Positions 1-10,111 of a stretch of 33,271 nt of DNA are shown here, piece by piece (position 1 is the stretch's first letter; each line of letters opens with the position of its first letter). The notes beneath the pieces are model-generated. The model was not told the DNA's origin and ran no database searches. It worked only from the letters and a program-made list of their open reading frames with translations. Source of the DNA: Octopus bimaculoides. Taxonomy: Eukaryota. Where the stretch lies: contig NC_068999.1 in assembly GCF_001194135.2 (NCBI RefSeq), positions 32,258,987 to 32,292,257 on the forward strand, written 5' to 3'. Both the position numbers and the translations under genes were made by a program.

Positions 1-40
<40 letters not shown>

Positions 41-724
41 ATACATACACACACACACATATATATATTTACGTACAAACATACCCATATGTACATACAT
101 ATTTCATGTGTTGAGACGGGAGGATTACTGTAGTAGTTCATATTTTTCTTTTTATATAATTATAATAATTATACACAAGCATATATATATATATACATAC
201 AAACATGCAATATGTTTAGTATTGAGGGCTTGAGATAATGGTCCACAATAAGCGAGTTAGAGTTTATATTGCACTGGCTAATATCAAAGCAAATTAAATA
301 AAATTTGGGATTTTGTGAAGGTTCAAAGTAGGTAACACAAACAGGACAGTGAAAACAAACAAGAAGGGCTGCTAAGTCTAAATGAGGTTGTGGTGGTGAA
401 TATGTAAATCAAGCTAGGAAAGGAGACGAACAAGAACATGTCTTCCTTGTTCCAGCTACAAGGGAGAGAAAGAAAGAAAGATGGCCGATGGTCACGTGGG
501 AGCCACGTGAGCAAGGGAGGAGGAGTGAGGGAGAGAGAGTGACAGAGTCATAGGGTAGAATAGTGAGATAAAAGGAGGTAAAAGAATAAGAGAGAGAAAA
601 ACGAAAGAGTAAAAAGATCTTATAGAGTGCACATCAGAATTATTAAGATAAAACTTACTTGGAAACAGGATGCATGGTGTTTAATCTCATAATAATATAA
701 ATAACATTTCCTTCCTTTCCTACA

Positions 725-1343
725 TTGGACACTAAACTTCGCTTGCAAAGACTTGTTGAGGCAAGTCAAATCGAACTAAATTCGACGACTGGCACCCGTG
801 CCAACGTCGTCTCCTTCATTGGACATGAAACTCAGCTTGCGAAGACTTATTGGGGCAAGCGAAAGCGAAATCAGGATAGTACCTGTGCCCAGCGTCGCCT
901 TTCTGGCACTTGTGCCCGTGTCATGTGTAAGGATTTTCAAGCGAGATCGTTGCCAGTGCCCCTGGACTGGCTCTTGTGCGGGTGGCACATAAAATACACC
1001 ATTTTGAGCGTGGCCGTTGCCAGTACCGCCTGACTGGCCTTCATAGGATTTTCGAGTGAGATCGTTGCCAGTGCCCCTGGACTGGCTCTTGTGCGGGTGG
1101 CACATAAAAGACACCATTTTGAGCGTGGCCGTTGCCAGTACCGCCTGACTGTCCTTCGTGCGGGTGACACGTAAAAGCACCCACTACACTCTCTGAGTGG
1201 TTGGCGTTAGGAAGGGCATCCAGCTGTAGAAACTCTGCCAAATCAGATCGGAGCCTGGTGTTGCCATCCAGTTTCACCAGTCCTCAGTCAAATCGTCCAA
1301 CCCATGTTAGCATGGAAAGCGGACGTTAAACGATGATGATGAT
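725..1343 (+). mobile_element. RTE LINE 3' UTR fragment (modular subrepeats + conserved tail ending in (GAT)n)
   Basis: Ends ...ccaacccatgttagcatggaaagcggacgttaaacgatgatgatgat. Colinear with 15540-16100, where the same UTR follows an RTE ORF end. Internal 115-bp tandem duplication at 930-1157. Confidence 0.85.
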
Positions 1344-1503
1344 ATATATATATATATGCATATATACATACGTATATGTACATACTAATATATATGTATA
1401 TGTGCATATATTTTGCTTAGGCATTGTGAGACCAATAACCTGATATAGAAGTCAATATACGTATGTTTCAGAACAAAGTGTTGGCTGAGTGTAGAGCAGT
1501 AAT

Positions 1504-1512
1504 AGGAGAGAA

Positions 1513-1564
<52 letters not shown>
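1504..1564. repeat. (GA)n microsatellite
   Basis: Direct reading of the sequence. Confidence 0.95.
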
Positions 1565-1570
<6 letters not shown>

Positions 1571-2084
1571 AAGAAATAACTGATTATCTTATGAACTTCA
1601 TTAACTTACAGCTGTTTCTGCTATAATATGTAGTGGAGTCATAATTAAATGCCTAAACAACACGTTATAGCTTCCTTGGAGCCTTGAGTATGAAGTGCAA
1701 TTTATTTCAGATATAATTACATTTGGGCTTATACAGGGAACGGCATCAACAACGAGAAAAGTCAATACAGGTGTATGTAAGAAAAGTGTATGTCCAAAAT
1801 GTAATTAGATGCATTTGTGGAAATATATGTATATATATGCATGCATGCATGCACTCTGAGGCACCCACAGATATAGAAAGACACACACACGAAAACCCAA
1901 CTCAAGACACAGAGATATGCACCGGGACATACGTACACATGCTTGTGTACCCAGTCAGCCACACTCACATATATACAAACACACACACACAAATAGATAT
2001 ATACATATACATACAAGAGTCAACACAAATGTGCAACGAGGTGGGAAAAATAGGACTCGAATACTGGAGGTAGAGAAATATATT

Positions 2085-2480
2085 TTATTATTAAAGCTGC
2101 AAAAATATCTCAAAAACATCACAAAAAAACTGCTACTCAGAGTTTCACGTTTCCCTTCGTCAGACAGTTGTGATTAAGGGTGGGACAAGAATTAAGGTTA
2201 TATGTGTAAATGTATTGTACAATTTACTTGAGAGATACACATTTGAATTTGATTTCATTTCATTGGTCATTTCAACTAATCTTTTTTTTTTTAAAGAAAA
2301 GGTGATATAAAATTAAATAGTGTATTGTGTAAGAGCGAAATCAAAAATAAATTTTAGTTTACAAGGAAAAACATACATGTCCAGTGTAAATTAATTAATA
2401 TTAAAATAAGTTAAATTAAAATGTATCTGTTTATATAAAATACTCACAAAAAATCCAAAAGTAAAAAAATATATAAATAT
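2085..2480 (-). mobile_element. Hammerhead-bearing interspersed repeat, family A (probable Penelope-like pLTR / non-autonomous derivative)
   Basis: Aligns over about 400 bp, in opposite orientation, with 6065-6470, and partly with 8950-9050. Contains an HHR motif. The PLE assignment is inference. Confidence 0.65.
2128..2169 (-). ncRNA. Minimal type I hammerhead ribozyme motif
   Basis: Minus strand: aactgt-CTGACGA-agggaaacgt-GAAA-ctctgag-TA-gcagtt. 6-bp stem I (one G.U), complete core, near-palindromic stem III ACTC-T-GAGT, GUA triplet. Confidence 0.75.
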
Positions 2481-2686
2481 TTAGACACGCGTTATTCACA
2501 TACAAACGCATACATGCATTCATTAATACATGCACACACTAAAACACATATATACATATGTACATTAACACGTGAAACAGCTGATACATACATACATACA
2601 TACATATATACAAACATATACAGGCAAACATTAATATGAATATATTTACTAATATAGACATAGATATCTACACACACACACACACC

Positions 2687-2740
<54 letters not shown>

Positions 2741-2859
2741 ATACGTCCCCGTGCGTATGTGCTGATATACAATTTTGTTGTTGCTAGTTAAAGAAAGAGG
2801 AAAAGAAAAGAGAAGAAAAAGAATCAGAATAAGTAGTTGGGGAGGTGGGAGGAAGAAGA

Positions 2860-3109
2860 GAGAAAGAGAAATGTTTGAAAACAGCGTTCCTAATAGTATC
2901 TAGCAGTGAGAAAATGAAGGAAAGATAAGATTCGGCAAAACCCTTATGTGTGTATAGTCAAACCCGTATATGCACACATNNNNNNNNNNGAGAAAGAGAA
3001 ATGTTTGAAAACAGCGTTCCTAATAGTATCTAGCAGTGAGAAAATGAAGGAAAGATAAGATTCGGCAAAACCCTTATGTGTGTATAGTCAAACCCGTATA
3101 TGCACACAT
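2860..3109. other. 120-bp sequence repeated on both sides of a 10-N gap (probable unmerged contig overlap)
   Basis: 2860-2979 is identical to 2990-3109 across N(2980-2989). Confidence 0.8.
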
Positions 3110-4289
3110 ATAAATAGACTTGCATAAACATTCTCACATAAATATATATACGTCGTTACACACGTGTACATGCATACATATATACATATAAACATAAACA
3201 CACACACACGCGCACACACATGCGCACACACACACATATATATACATGCATACATACATACATACATACATACATATGTACATAAACATATACACACACA
3301 CAATACAAATGTACGCACATATATATTCAAAACTGTGTCTGATGTATTGAATATTAATATAAGAATAGAAATAGAATAAAAAGAAAAATTGCTGAAAGAA
3401 TGAACAATTTCAGAGGTGTAGATTAAATAAAATCAATTATAAAATTGAATTGAATTGCTAAAAATATTATTTTGTGTAATATAGATTTGAAAATGAGTAA
3501 AATTTTAACCTCAGCGAAATTTAAATCAGAAATTTAGCAACAGGCAAACAGTTGCTAAACATCTTGCGATCTTTTGTTTGGTTGCCAGCAGCTCCAAAAA
3601 TTAAAGCTTACCGAAAATTTTAAAATTTGGCACAATATATACTTGCCCAAACTGAATTACCGGAGTTATTTCATTTTTTCCAGGAAAATAATTTTAAAAA
3701 GTTATGGAGGTTTGAAGTTTGATCATTTTCACCCAGTCAGGAAACAGGATTTGGAAACTGTCATTTTGTGCATGACTGCACATTTTGTCATCAACATCCT
3801 GAAAATGCACATGTCAATATTTGTGAACAACACGTGTTTTGTCTCCGGTAATTTTCTTTCATGTAAATATATGTTTATGTTAATTTAAAAGAGAAAAACA
3901 CTTAGTTTGAAATTTCTGAGCGAGATGTTGGCAAATAAACATTAATTTAAAAGATTTATTTAAAAAATCTTATTTAGCTGTTATTTTTAGTACACCTCAC
4001 AACCACCTCAATGCTCAATGACAAAAAGGAACGAGTAAATAAGACTGCTGTCAACACGTGTTTCCTCGCAAACTTTTCAAAGACTGTTACTATGACAACA
4101 GGCTGGTAACCAAACAGAAAAGATCCACATCTTGTCCAACTTGCTAAAATTCTGGCAGTATCGTCACCTTATTAACAACGATAATAATAATGATAAATAA
4201 ATGCAATAAAAGTAAAATAATTAAGTAATAATAATAAAAATAATTTTTTAAAAATTATAATAGAAAATAAAACAAATTACTAAAAAATC

Positions 4290-5705
4290 CATTCAGGAAT
4301 TCGATACCTTTAAAACACATTTTGGGCAGTTGTAGCTGCATTTTCATAGATGTCTGTTAAAAAAAAATCAAAATTTGAGAGGTATTTTATGGGCTAAATT
4401 GCAATATAAAAACCAATCGTATGATTTAAAAAGGTACCTTTAAAAGTAATAGTTATAATAAAATAAAAATTTAAAAAATAAGATAAAATGGTTCAGTGCA
4501 TATTTATCCTGGAACAGGATAAAAAAACTTTTCAGTCAGACACAAATTGCACCTCATTAGGCCTCTATATTCTCCATGTTTATATGGTACTGCTTTCTCC
4601 AAGACAGTCCGGCTGAATTTGAAAGGACAGGCATCATTTTCTTTCAGTTGCCAGACATGTTTAGCATGACTCGCTGTCCTATTTTCAAGGTATCAAAATG
4701 AATTTTGATGGAAATATGATCTAGTCTTGAAGGAATTTTCTGAGGTTCCTATATATATCTTGTATTCTTGTGAGCCATCTATTTGCACCTTAGCTCTATA
4801 TACTATTCCTTTCTCTAGACAATTTCCTCCTAAGGGACACCAACTTTGTTCTTTACAATTACAATTCTTATTATTATTTCCAGCACTGTGGTTACTTCTA
4901 TAGGCGCATTGTGGGGTTAATCAAAGAGGCAAAAACCTTGCAACAAGACTAGCTAACGTTCAGCTTTCTCCTATTAAAAATTCTATAGAACTTATGGTTT
5001 GCTTGAAAGTGCTTAGAAACTAGTTTTAAGAATTCCCTACCTATATTGGTTTTTACAGCAATGTTAAATGTCAAATTAAACCACAAAACTTTCCTAGTTC
5101 TAGTTTTAAGTGTTTTATTATTGTTAGTTGTTCTTTGACTATATTGGATCTTCTCCGAGAATCCTGTTTCTTAATGCAGTATTATAATACAGCGTGGCAT
5201 TTTGAAACAGTCTCTTCTGAAGATATGGATAATATGCACTTTCCTATATTACTAACTAGATTCTTAAGTATTATGGGTGGATGAATTGATTCTTTGTTAA
5301 TACAATAGAGCTTTTCATTAGGCTTACAGTAGGGTTTAAATTTATCTAATTGCAAATCTAAGTTAATATCTAAAATAATCTACATTATTTGGATTAGTTT
5401 CTATCAGTATTCATTAGCCTTTCGCATTTGAATTTGACTTTTTCACCTAAAGCCCAGCACCATTTAGTATAACATTCATTTTACATTTTCACCTTTCAAG
5501 AAAACCTTCGACTGGGTACAAACTATATAGTTCTATTTTTATTTTCATTATCCTATTGTAACTATTACTTTTAAATGCACCTTTTTAAACCATATGATTG
5601 CTTTTTACATTGCAATTTAGCCCATACAATACCCCTCAACATTGATTTTTTGATGCACATCTATAAAACTGCATCTGCAATCGCCCAAAATGTATTTTAA
5701 AGATA
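4290..5705 (-). mobile_element. Penelope-like retroelement (probably Neptune clade), 5'-truncated: RT thumb, linker and GIY-YIG endonuclease remnant with an inverted terminal copy
   Basis: Minus-strand translation with stops and frameshifts: ...RKVLWFNLTFNIAVKTNIGREFLKLVSKHF...NCNCKEQSWCPLGGNCLEKGIVYRAKVQ...KIYIGTSENSFKTR...HVWQLKEN...CNLCLTEK. GIVY at 4798-4809, YIG at 4747-4755. Inverted arms at about 4308-4459 and 5555-5702. Confidence 0.88.
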
Positions 5706-5928
5706 TGTTCTCCGCCACCACCACCACCACCACCACTACTTATTCTGATTCCTTTACTTCTGTTTTCTTTTCCTCTTTCTTTAACTAGCAACAACAAAGT
5801 TGTATATTAGAAACATATTAGCACATACGCACAGGGACGTATTGTGTATATATATATATACGTATGTGTAGATATCTATGTATACATTAGTAAATATATT
5901 AATATTAATATTTACCGGTATATATTTG

Positions 5929-5962
<34 letters not shown>

Positions 5963-6064
5963 TGTATGTATCAGCTCTTGTGCGTGTTAGCTTACATATG
6001 TATATGTATTTTTAGTGTGTGCATGTATAAATGGATGCGTGTATGTGTTTCTATATGAATAACA

Positions 6065-6470
6065 TGTGTCTATATATTTTTAGATTTTTAGATTTTCTGT
6101 AAGTGAATATTTTATTATAAACAGACTCACATTTTAATTAAACTTATTTTAACATTAATCTACTCTGGGCATATATGTTTTTCCTTCTAAACTAAAATTT
6201 ATTTTTGATTCAAGATTTTCTTCAATTTTAAACAATACAATATTTAATTTTATATAACAGTTTCTTTAAAGAACTGTTATTTGAAACAACCAGTGAAATG
6301 AAAACAAATTCAAATGTGTATCTGCCAATGTAAATTGCACAATATATTTATACATATAACCTTAATTCTTGTCCCAGCCTTAATCACAGTCCAATGAACA
6401 GAAACGTAAAACTCTGTGTAGCAGTTTTTGTTATAGTTTTGTGATGTTTTTGCAGTTTTAATAATAAATC
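6065..6470 (+). mobile_element. Family A repeat, second copy (hammerhead core decayed)
   Basis: Reverse complement of 2085-2480. The HHR region reads cagtccaatgaacagaaacgtaaaactctgtgtagcagtt, with core mutations. Confidence 0.7.
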
Positions 6471-6670
6471 ATACATATATACATGTGTGTGTGTGTGTGT
6501 TCTTTTATTCTTTCTTTTACATTTTTAGTTGATTCAGTCAAATAAAGAAAAGGACTTCGAAGCCCTAAGATAGAAGGTTGGATGTTTTTAATATATTGGA
6601 CTACCAGACTTCTTCTCAAGGCCATGTTTTTTTATTCCCTCTTCCTTTTGTTTGTTCTGTACGCTTTTGT

Positions 6671-6772
6671 ATTAACTCTGATGAAGCTCCGTGTTCTACT
6701 TCGAATGTCCTATGAAGATGAAGAATATTATTTTCGAAATTGGCATTGGAAGCAGAAATGGCCGTAATAATT
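6671..6772 (+). ncRNA. Decayed type I hammerhead with long stem II
   Basis: attaact-CTGATGA-agctcc...(~70 nt)...ggaagca-GAAA-tggccg-TA-ataat. Core intact. The 3' strand of stem I looks like agttaat missing 2 nt. Confidence 0.5.
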
Positions 6773-7074
6773 GTTATGTCACATAAATATTGTCATATTT
6801 TGTATTAAATAATGACCTTAAGATGTGGTCCAATTGTTTTGTTTGTTAATCTGAGTTTTTCTCCATTTTCTGATTATTATATTTGATCCCTGATAAACTT
6901 TTGTTTATTCTGTTGTTACCTGTACTCTAAGAGCATAGTGTGCCTGCATACCCATGCTCAGAGATAACATGGGTAATTGATACCAATAGTATATACGGAT
7001 ATTTTATCCCTTACTCAGTTATTATAACTGCTAATTCTGCTTACCTTTATATATATATATATATATATATATAT

Positions 7075-7786
7075 NNNNNNNNNNNNNNNNNNNNNNNNNN
7101 NNNNNNNNNNNNNNNNNNNNNNNNNNNNNNNNNNNNNNNNNNNNNNNNNNNNNNNNNNNNNNNNNNNNNNNNNNNNNNNNNNNNNNNNNNNNNNNNNNNN
7201 NNNNNNNNNNNNNNNNNNNNNNNNNNNNNNNNNNNNNNNNNNNNNNNNNNNNNNNNNNNNNNNNNNNNNNNNNNNNNNNNNNNNNNNNNNNNNNNNNNNN
7301 NNNNNNNNNNNNNNNNNNNNNNNNNNNNNNNNNNNNNNNNNNNNNNNNNNNNNNNNNNNNNNNNNNNNNNNNNNNNNNNNNNNNNNNNNNNNNNNNNNNN
7401 NNNNNNNNNNNNNNNNNNNNNNNNNNNNNNNNNNNNNNNNNNNNNNNNNNNNNNNNNNNNNNNNNNNNNNNNNNNNNNNNNNNNNNNNNNNNNNNNNNNN
7501 NNNNNNNNNNNNNNNNNNNNNNNNNNNNNNNNNNNNNNNNNNNNNNNNNNNNNNNNNNNNNNNNNNNNNNNNNNNNNNNNNNNNNNNNNNNNNNNNNNNN
7601 NNNNNNNNNNNNNNNNNNNNNNNNNNNNNNNNNNNNNNNNNNNNNNNNNNNNNNNNNNNNNNNNNNNNNNNNNNNNNNNNNNNNNNNNNNNNNNNNNNNN
7701 NNNNNNNNNNNNNNNNNNNNNNNNNNNNNNNNNNNNNNNNNNNNNNNNNNNNNNNNNNNNNNNNNNNNNNNNNNNNNNNNNNNNNC
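7075..7786. other. Assembly gap (N). Other gaps: 2980-2989, 9898-9907, 13121-13130, 14532-15406, 17451-17694, 18096-18179
   Basis: N runs, mostly flanked by (TA)n. Confidence 0.99.
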
Positions 7787-8692
7787 AGAAAGGAACACAG
7801 AAAGAAACAAGGAGAGAAACAAGGAGAGAAAAAAAATGTGCGTAGTGGTTAGTGATCTATCCTATATATATATATAGCAAGCAGAAAATGGAGGGAATCC
7901 AGAGGTAGTATTCATCAGCTGTTAGATATTATATCATGTCTCGCAATTTATTTAAAACAGTTCTGATAATATATATACATGTGTAAAGTACTAGTAATTT
8001 CTAGAATAGAAAAAGAAGAGCAGTTTCTTACAGCTGTTTCTGCCAAGAGATCACAGTACCCCACATGTTATTTCCATCTTTTCAGTGTACTGTAGTGATC
8101 TGTAGATAAAATTAGGGTACTTGGGCGTGCCTCTAGGTTTCATCACAGAGTTTATAAGATAGTCGAAGTTCAGCGGGCTAATTTATGCATATATGCATGT
8201 ACACACTTATAACAGAATCAGTTATTAGGAGGTGCAGTACAATATTCTTATTAGAGAATGCATAAAAAGAGAAAGAGAAATAATAGTATAAATGAAGTAA
8301 ATAATGGAATTTGAGAGGGATACGGTTTTTTTAGAAATAAAAAGGCACATAAAAGGAGAGATACATATATATACATACACATACATATACATACATAACC
8401 AACACTTGTGTATTAATAACTGGGTATTCTACCAGCAGTGTATTGGATAGACACTGTCCCTTTGCTGGTTGGATTCACAACCTCTAACTTTCTTTGAATT
8501 ATATATATATTATATGTGTGTGTGTGTACACACATATATATATATCAAAAGGGTGTGTTATAATACTATTCCACAGCCATACCAACAATCCAACATACCT
8601 CCATCATCAGCTGCCCCATGGATGTGTAGCCGTAGCTTGACATGTTTTTTTCTGTGGGTATGTATAAATATTTCATTTATTTCACTCAGTAT

Positions 8693-8753
8693 GTTTAGCT
8701 GATGAAGAAAAAGTTATTAATTTAACTAAACCAGAAATTGATCAATCCTAAAC
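8693..8753 (+). ncRNA. Type I hammerhead ribozyme motif, apparently intact
   Basis: gtttag-CTGATGA-(28 nt containing agtta/taact hairpin)-GAAA-ttgatcaa-TC-ctaaac. Perfect 6-bp stem I, palindromic stem III ATTGATCAAT, AUC triplet. Confidence 0.75.
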
Positions 8754-8949
8754 TATCAGAATTATTTATGAATTTCGGTATGTCTGCTTCCATGCTTTCT
8801 ACACATGTAAATTATAAAGTGATATTTTGAAGTGATTAGACGGACTTAGCATCTATCTTCAGCATATAAGCATAGAAATCTCTGTGCCCTTAATTATAAT
8901 TGTATTTTATACTATTATATATATATATATATATATGATTAGTTTAAAG

Positions 8950-9050
8950 TAACACAACTACAACTGTCTGATGAATGCTTACATGAAACTCTGAGTTTGT
9001 GAAAGATTTTTTGCTTCAATAATAGAATTTCACTCTAACTTCAGTATTTC
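8950..9050 (+). mobile_element. Family A repeat, third partial copy; HHR core intact but stem I 3' strand deleted
   Basis: aactgt-CTGATGA-atgcttacat-GAAA-ctctgagt-ttgtga. Comparison with the 2128 copy shows loss of about 9 nt (agcagtttt). Confidence 0.6.
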
Positions 9051-9097
9051 AATATTATTTTTACCACCTTATTATGCACCTATGTGCTTACTGTGTA

Positions 9098-9127
<30 letters not shown>

Positions 9128-9128
<1 letters not shown>

Positions 9129-9897
9129 CATCATTATCATTTAACGTCCGTTTTCTATATGGTTATCAGGTGGCTGTCTGGCTTCCTGAAGTCAGTGTTG
9201 CAGATCAATAGGTTGCTTGCATCACAGAACTCCAGTAGTCTTGTACTCTCTTTGTTTCGGGAACCAATTCCATGGCACCCATGAATACCATGGAAGATAC
9301 CAGATTGCCATCCAACATGCCCATTAAAATCTCCAGTCACAAAGATGAGGTCATTGCCACTTGTCTTTGAAGTGGCCTGTAGAAGGGTATCATAAAAGTG
9401 GTCCTTCTGATCATTTGGTAAGCCCGCTTGTGGGGTGTAGGCAGAGATAATTGTAGCTATACTATTCTGAAGGACTAGCCTGAGCTTAAGCACTCTATCG
9501 CATACCCTGACAACCTCTATGACCTTATCCATTTCTCTGCAAGGAGTATGCCTGCACCCCCTACTACATCACTGTTACCTTCCTAGATGATTCTATACCT
9601 ATGTGCCTTGCCTGTGAGGACCCTGGCTTAAGCTCCTCTCTACCTTGTCTCTTGTATGCAGCATACATCGACACCTCTCCATTCAAGCATCTCTACAATC
9701 TCACTAGACCTACCTTTCAATGTGCCTACATTGACAGTGCCAACTCTAAAAACTGGGAAAGGAATGTGGGAGGAGGCATGGGAAGGGGAAATGTTATTCA
9801 GTGCCTGAAAAGAAGGTTTTCATTTTCATTTGATAGACATGCTACACCTGTTCTCACTTTTGACCTGTCATCATTCAAACATTCAAAGGTGTTACAA
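9128..9897 (-). mobile_element. RTE LINE: APE endonuclease region joined directly to the element's 3' tail
   Basis: Minus translation RVGTVNVGTLKGRSSEIVEML...VDVCCIQETR...IISAYTPQAG...IFVTGDFNGHVG...LLEFCDASNLLICNTDFRKPDSHLIT, then atagaaaacggacgttaaatgataatgatg. Confidence 0.9.
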
Positions 9898-10060
9898 NNN
9901 NNNNNNNGTATAAGCATTATGAACCGTCATAAATTTAAGCATTACTGGTGCTGCAAATATAAGTAAATAGATAAATAAAAATAGATAAAAGTAAATATGA
10001 ATATCAATATGCCAATGTTAGATTAAGTAGGTGGGCAGCTAGACTAGTTGCATTTGTCCC

Positions 10061-10061
<1 letters not shown>

Positions 10062-10108
<47 letters not shown>
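10062..10108. repeat. (GA)n microsatellite
   Basis: Direct reading of the sequence. Confidence 0.95.

Positions 10109-10111
<3 letters not shown>

Noticed and set aside
1255-1295. CTGAGGA-ctggt-GAAAC on the minus strand within the RTE tail (also ~16010-16030)
   Set aside because: No downstream stem III / UH / stem I partner found; the sibling copy lacks GAAA.
1723-3379. Y/I/H/C/V-rich ORFs (also 8469, 13016, 18020, 26891, 31983, 32335)
   Set aside because: Translations of (TA)/(CA)/(TG) microsatellites.
3684-3847. AG/GT-bounded 164-nt segment with one open frame (KIILKSYGG...)
   Set aside because: Peptide unrecognisable; the region has features of a decayed DNA transposon; no support beyond splice dinucleotides.
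6940-7845. Long ORFs spanning N gaps (also 14319-15570, 17375-17752)
   Set aside because: Artefacts of translating N as X.
8770-8865. Minus-strand CTGAAGA...GAAAttcataaaTA hammerhead-like string
   Set aside because: Stem I does not pair; too degenerate to call.
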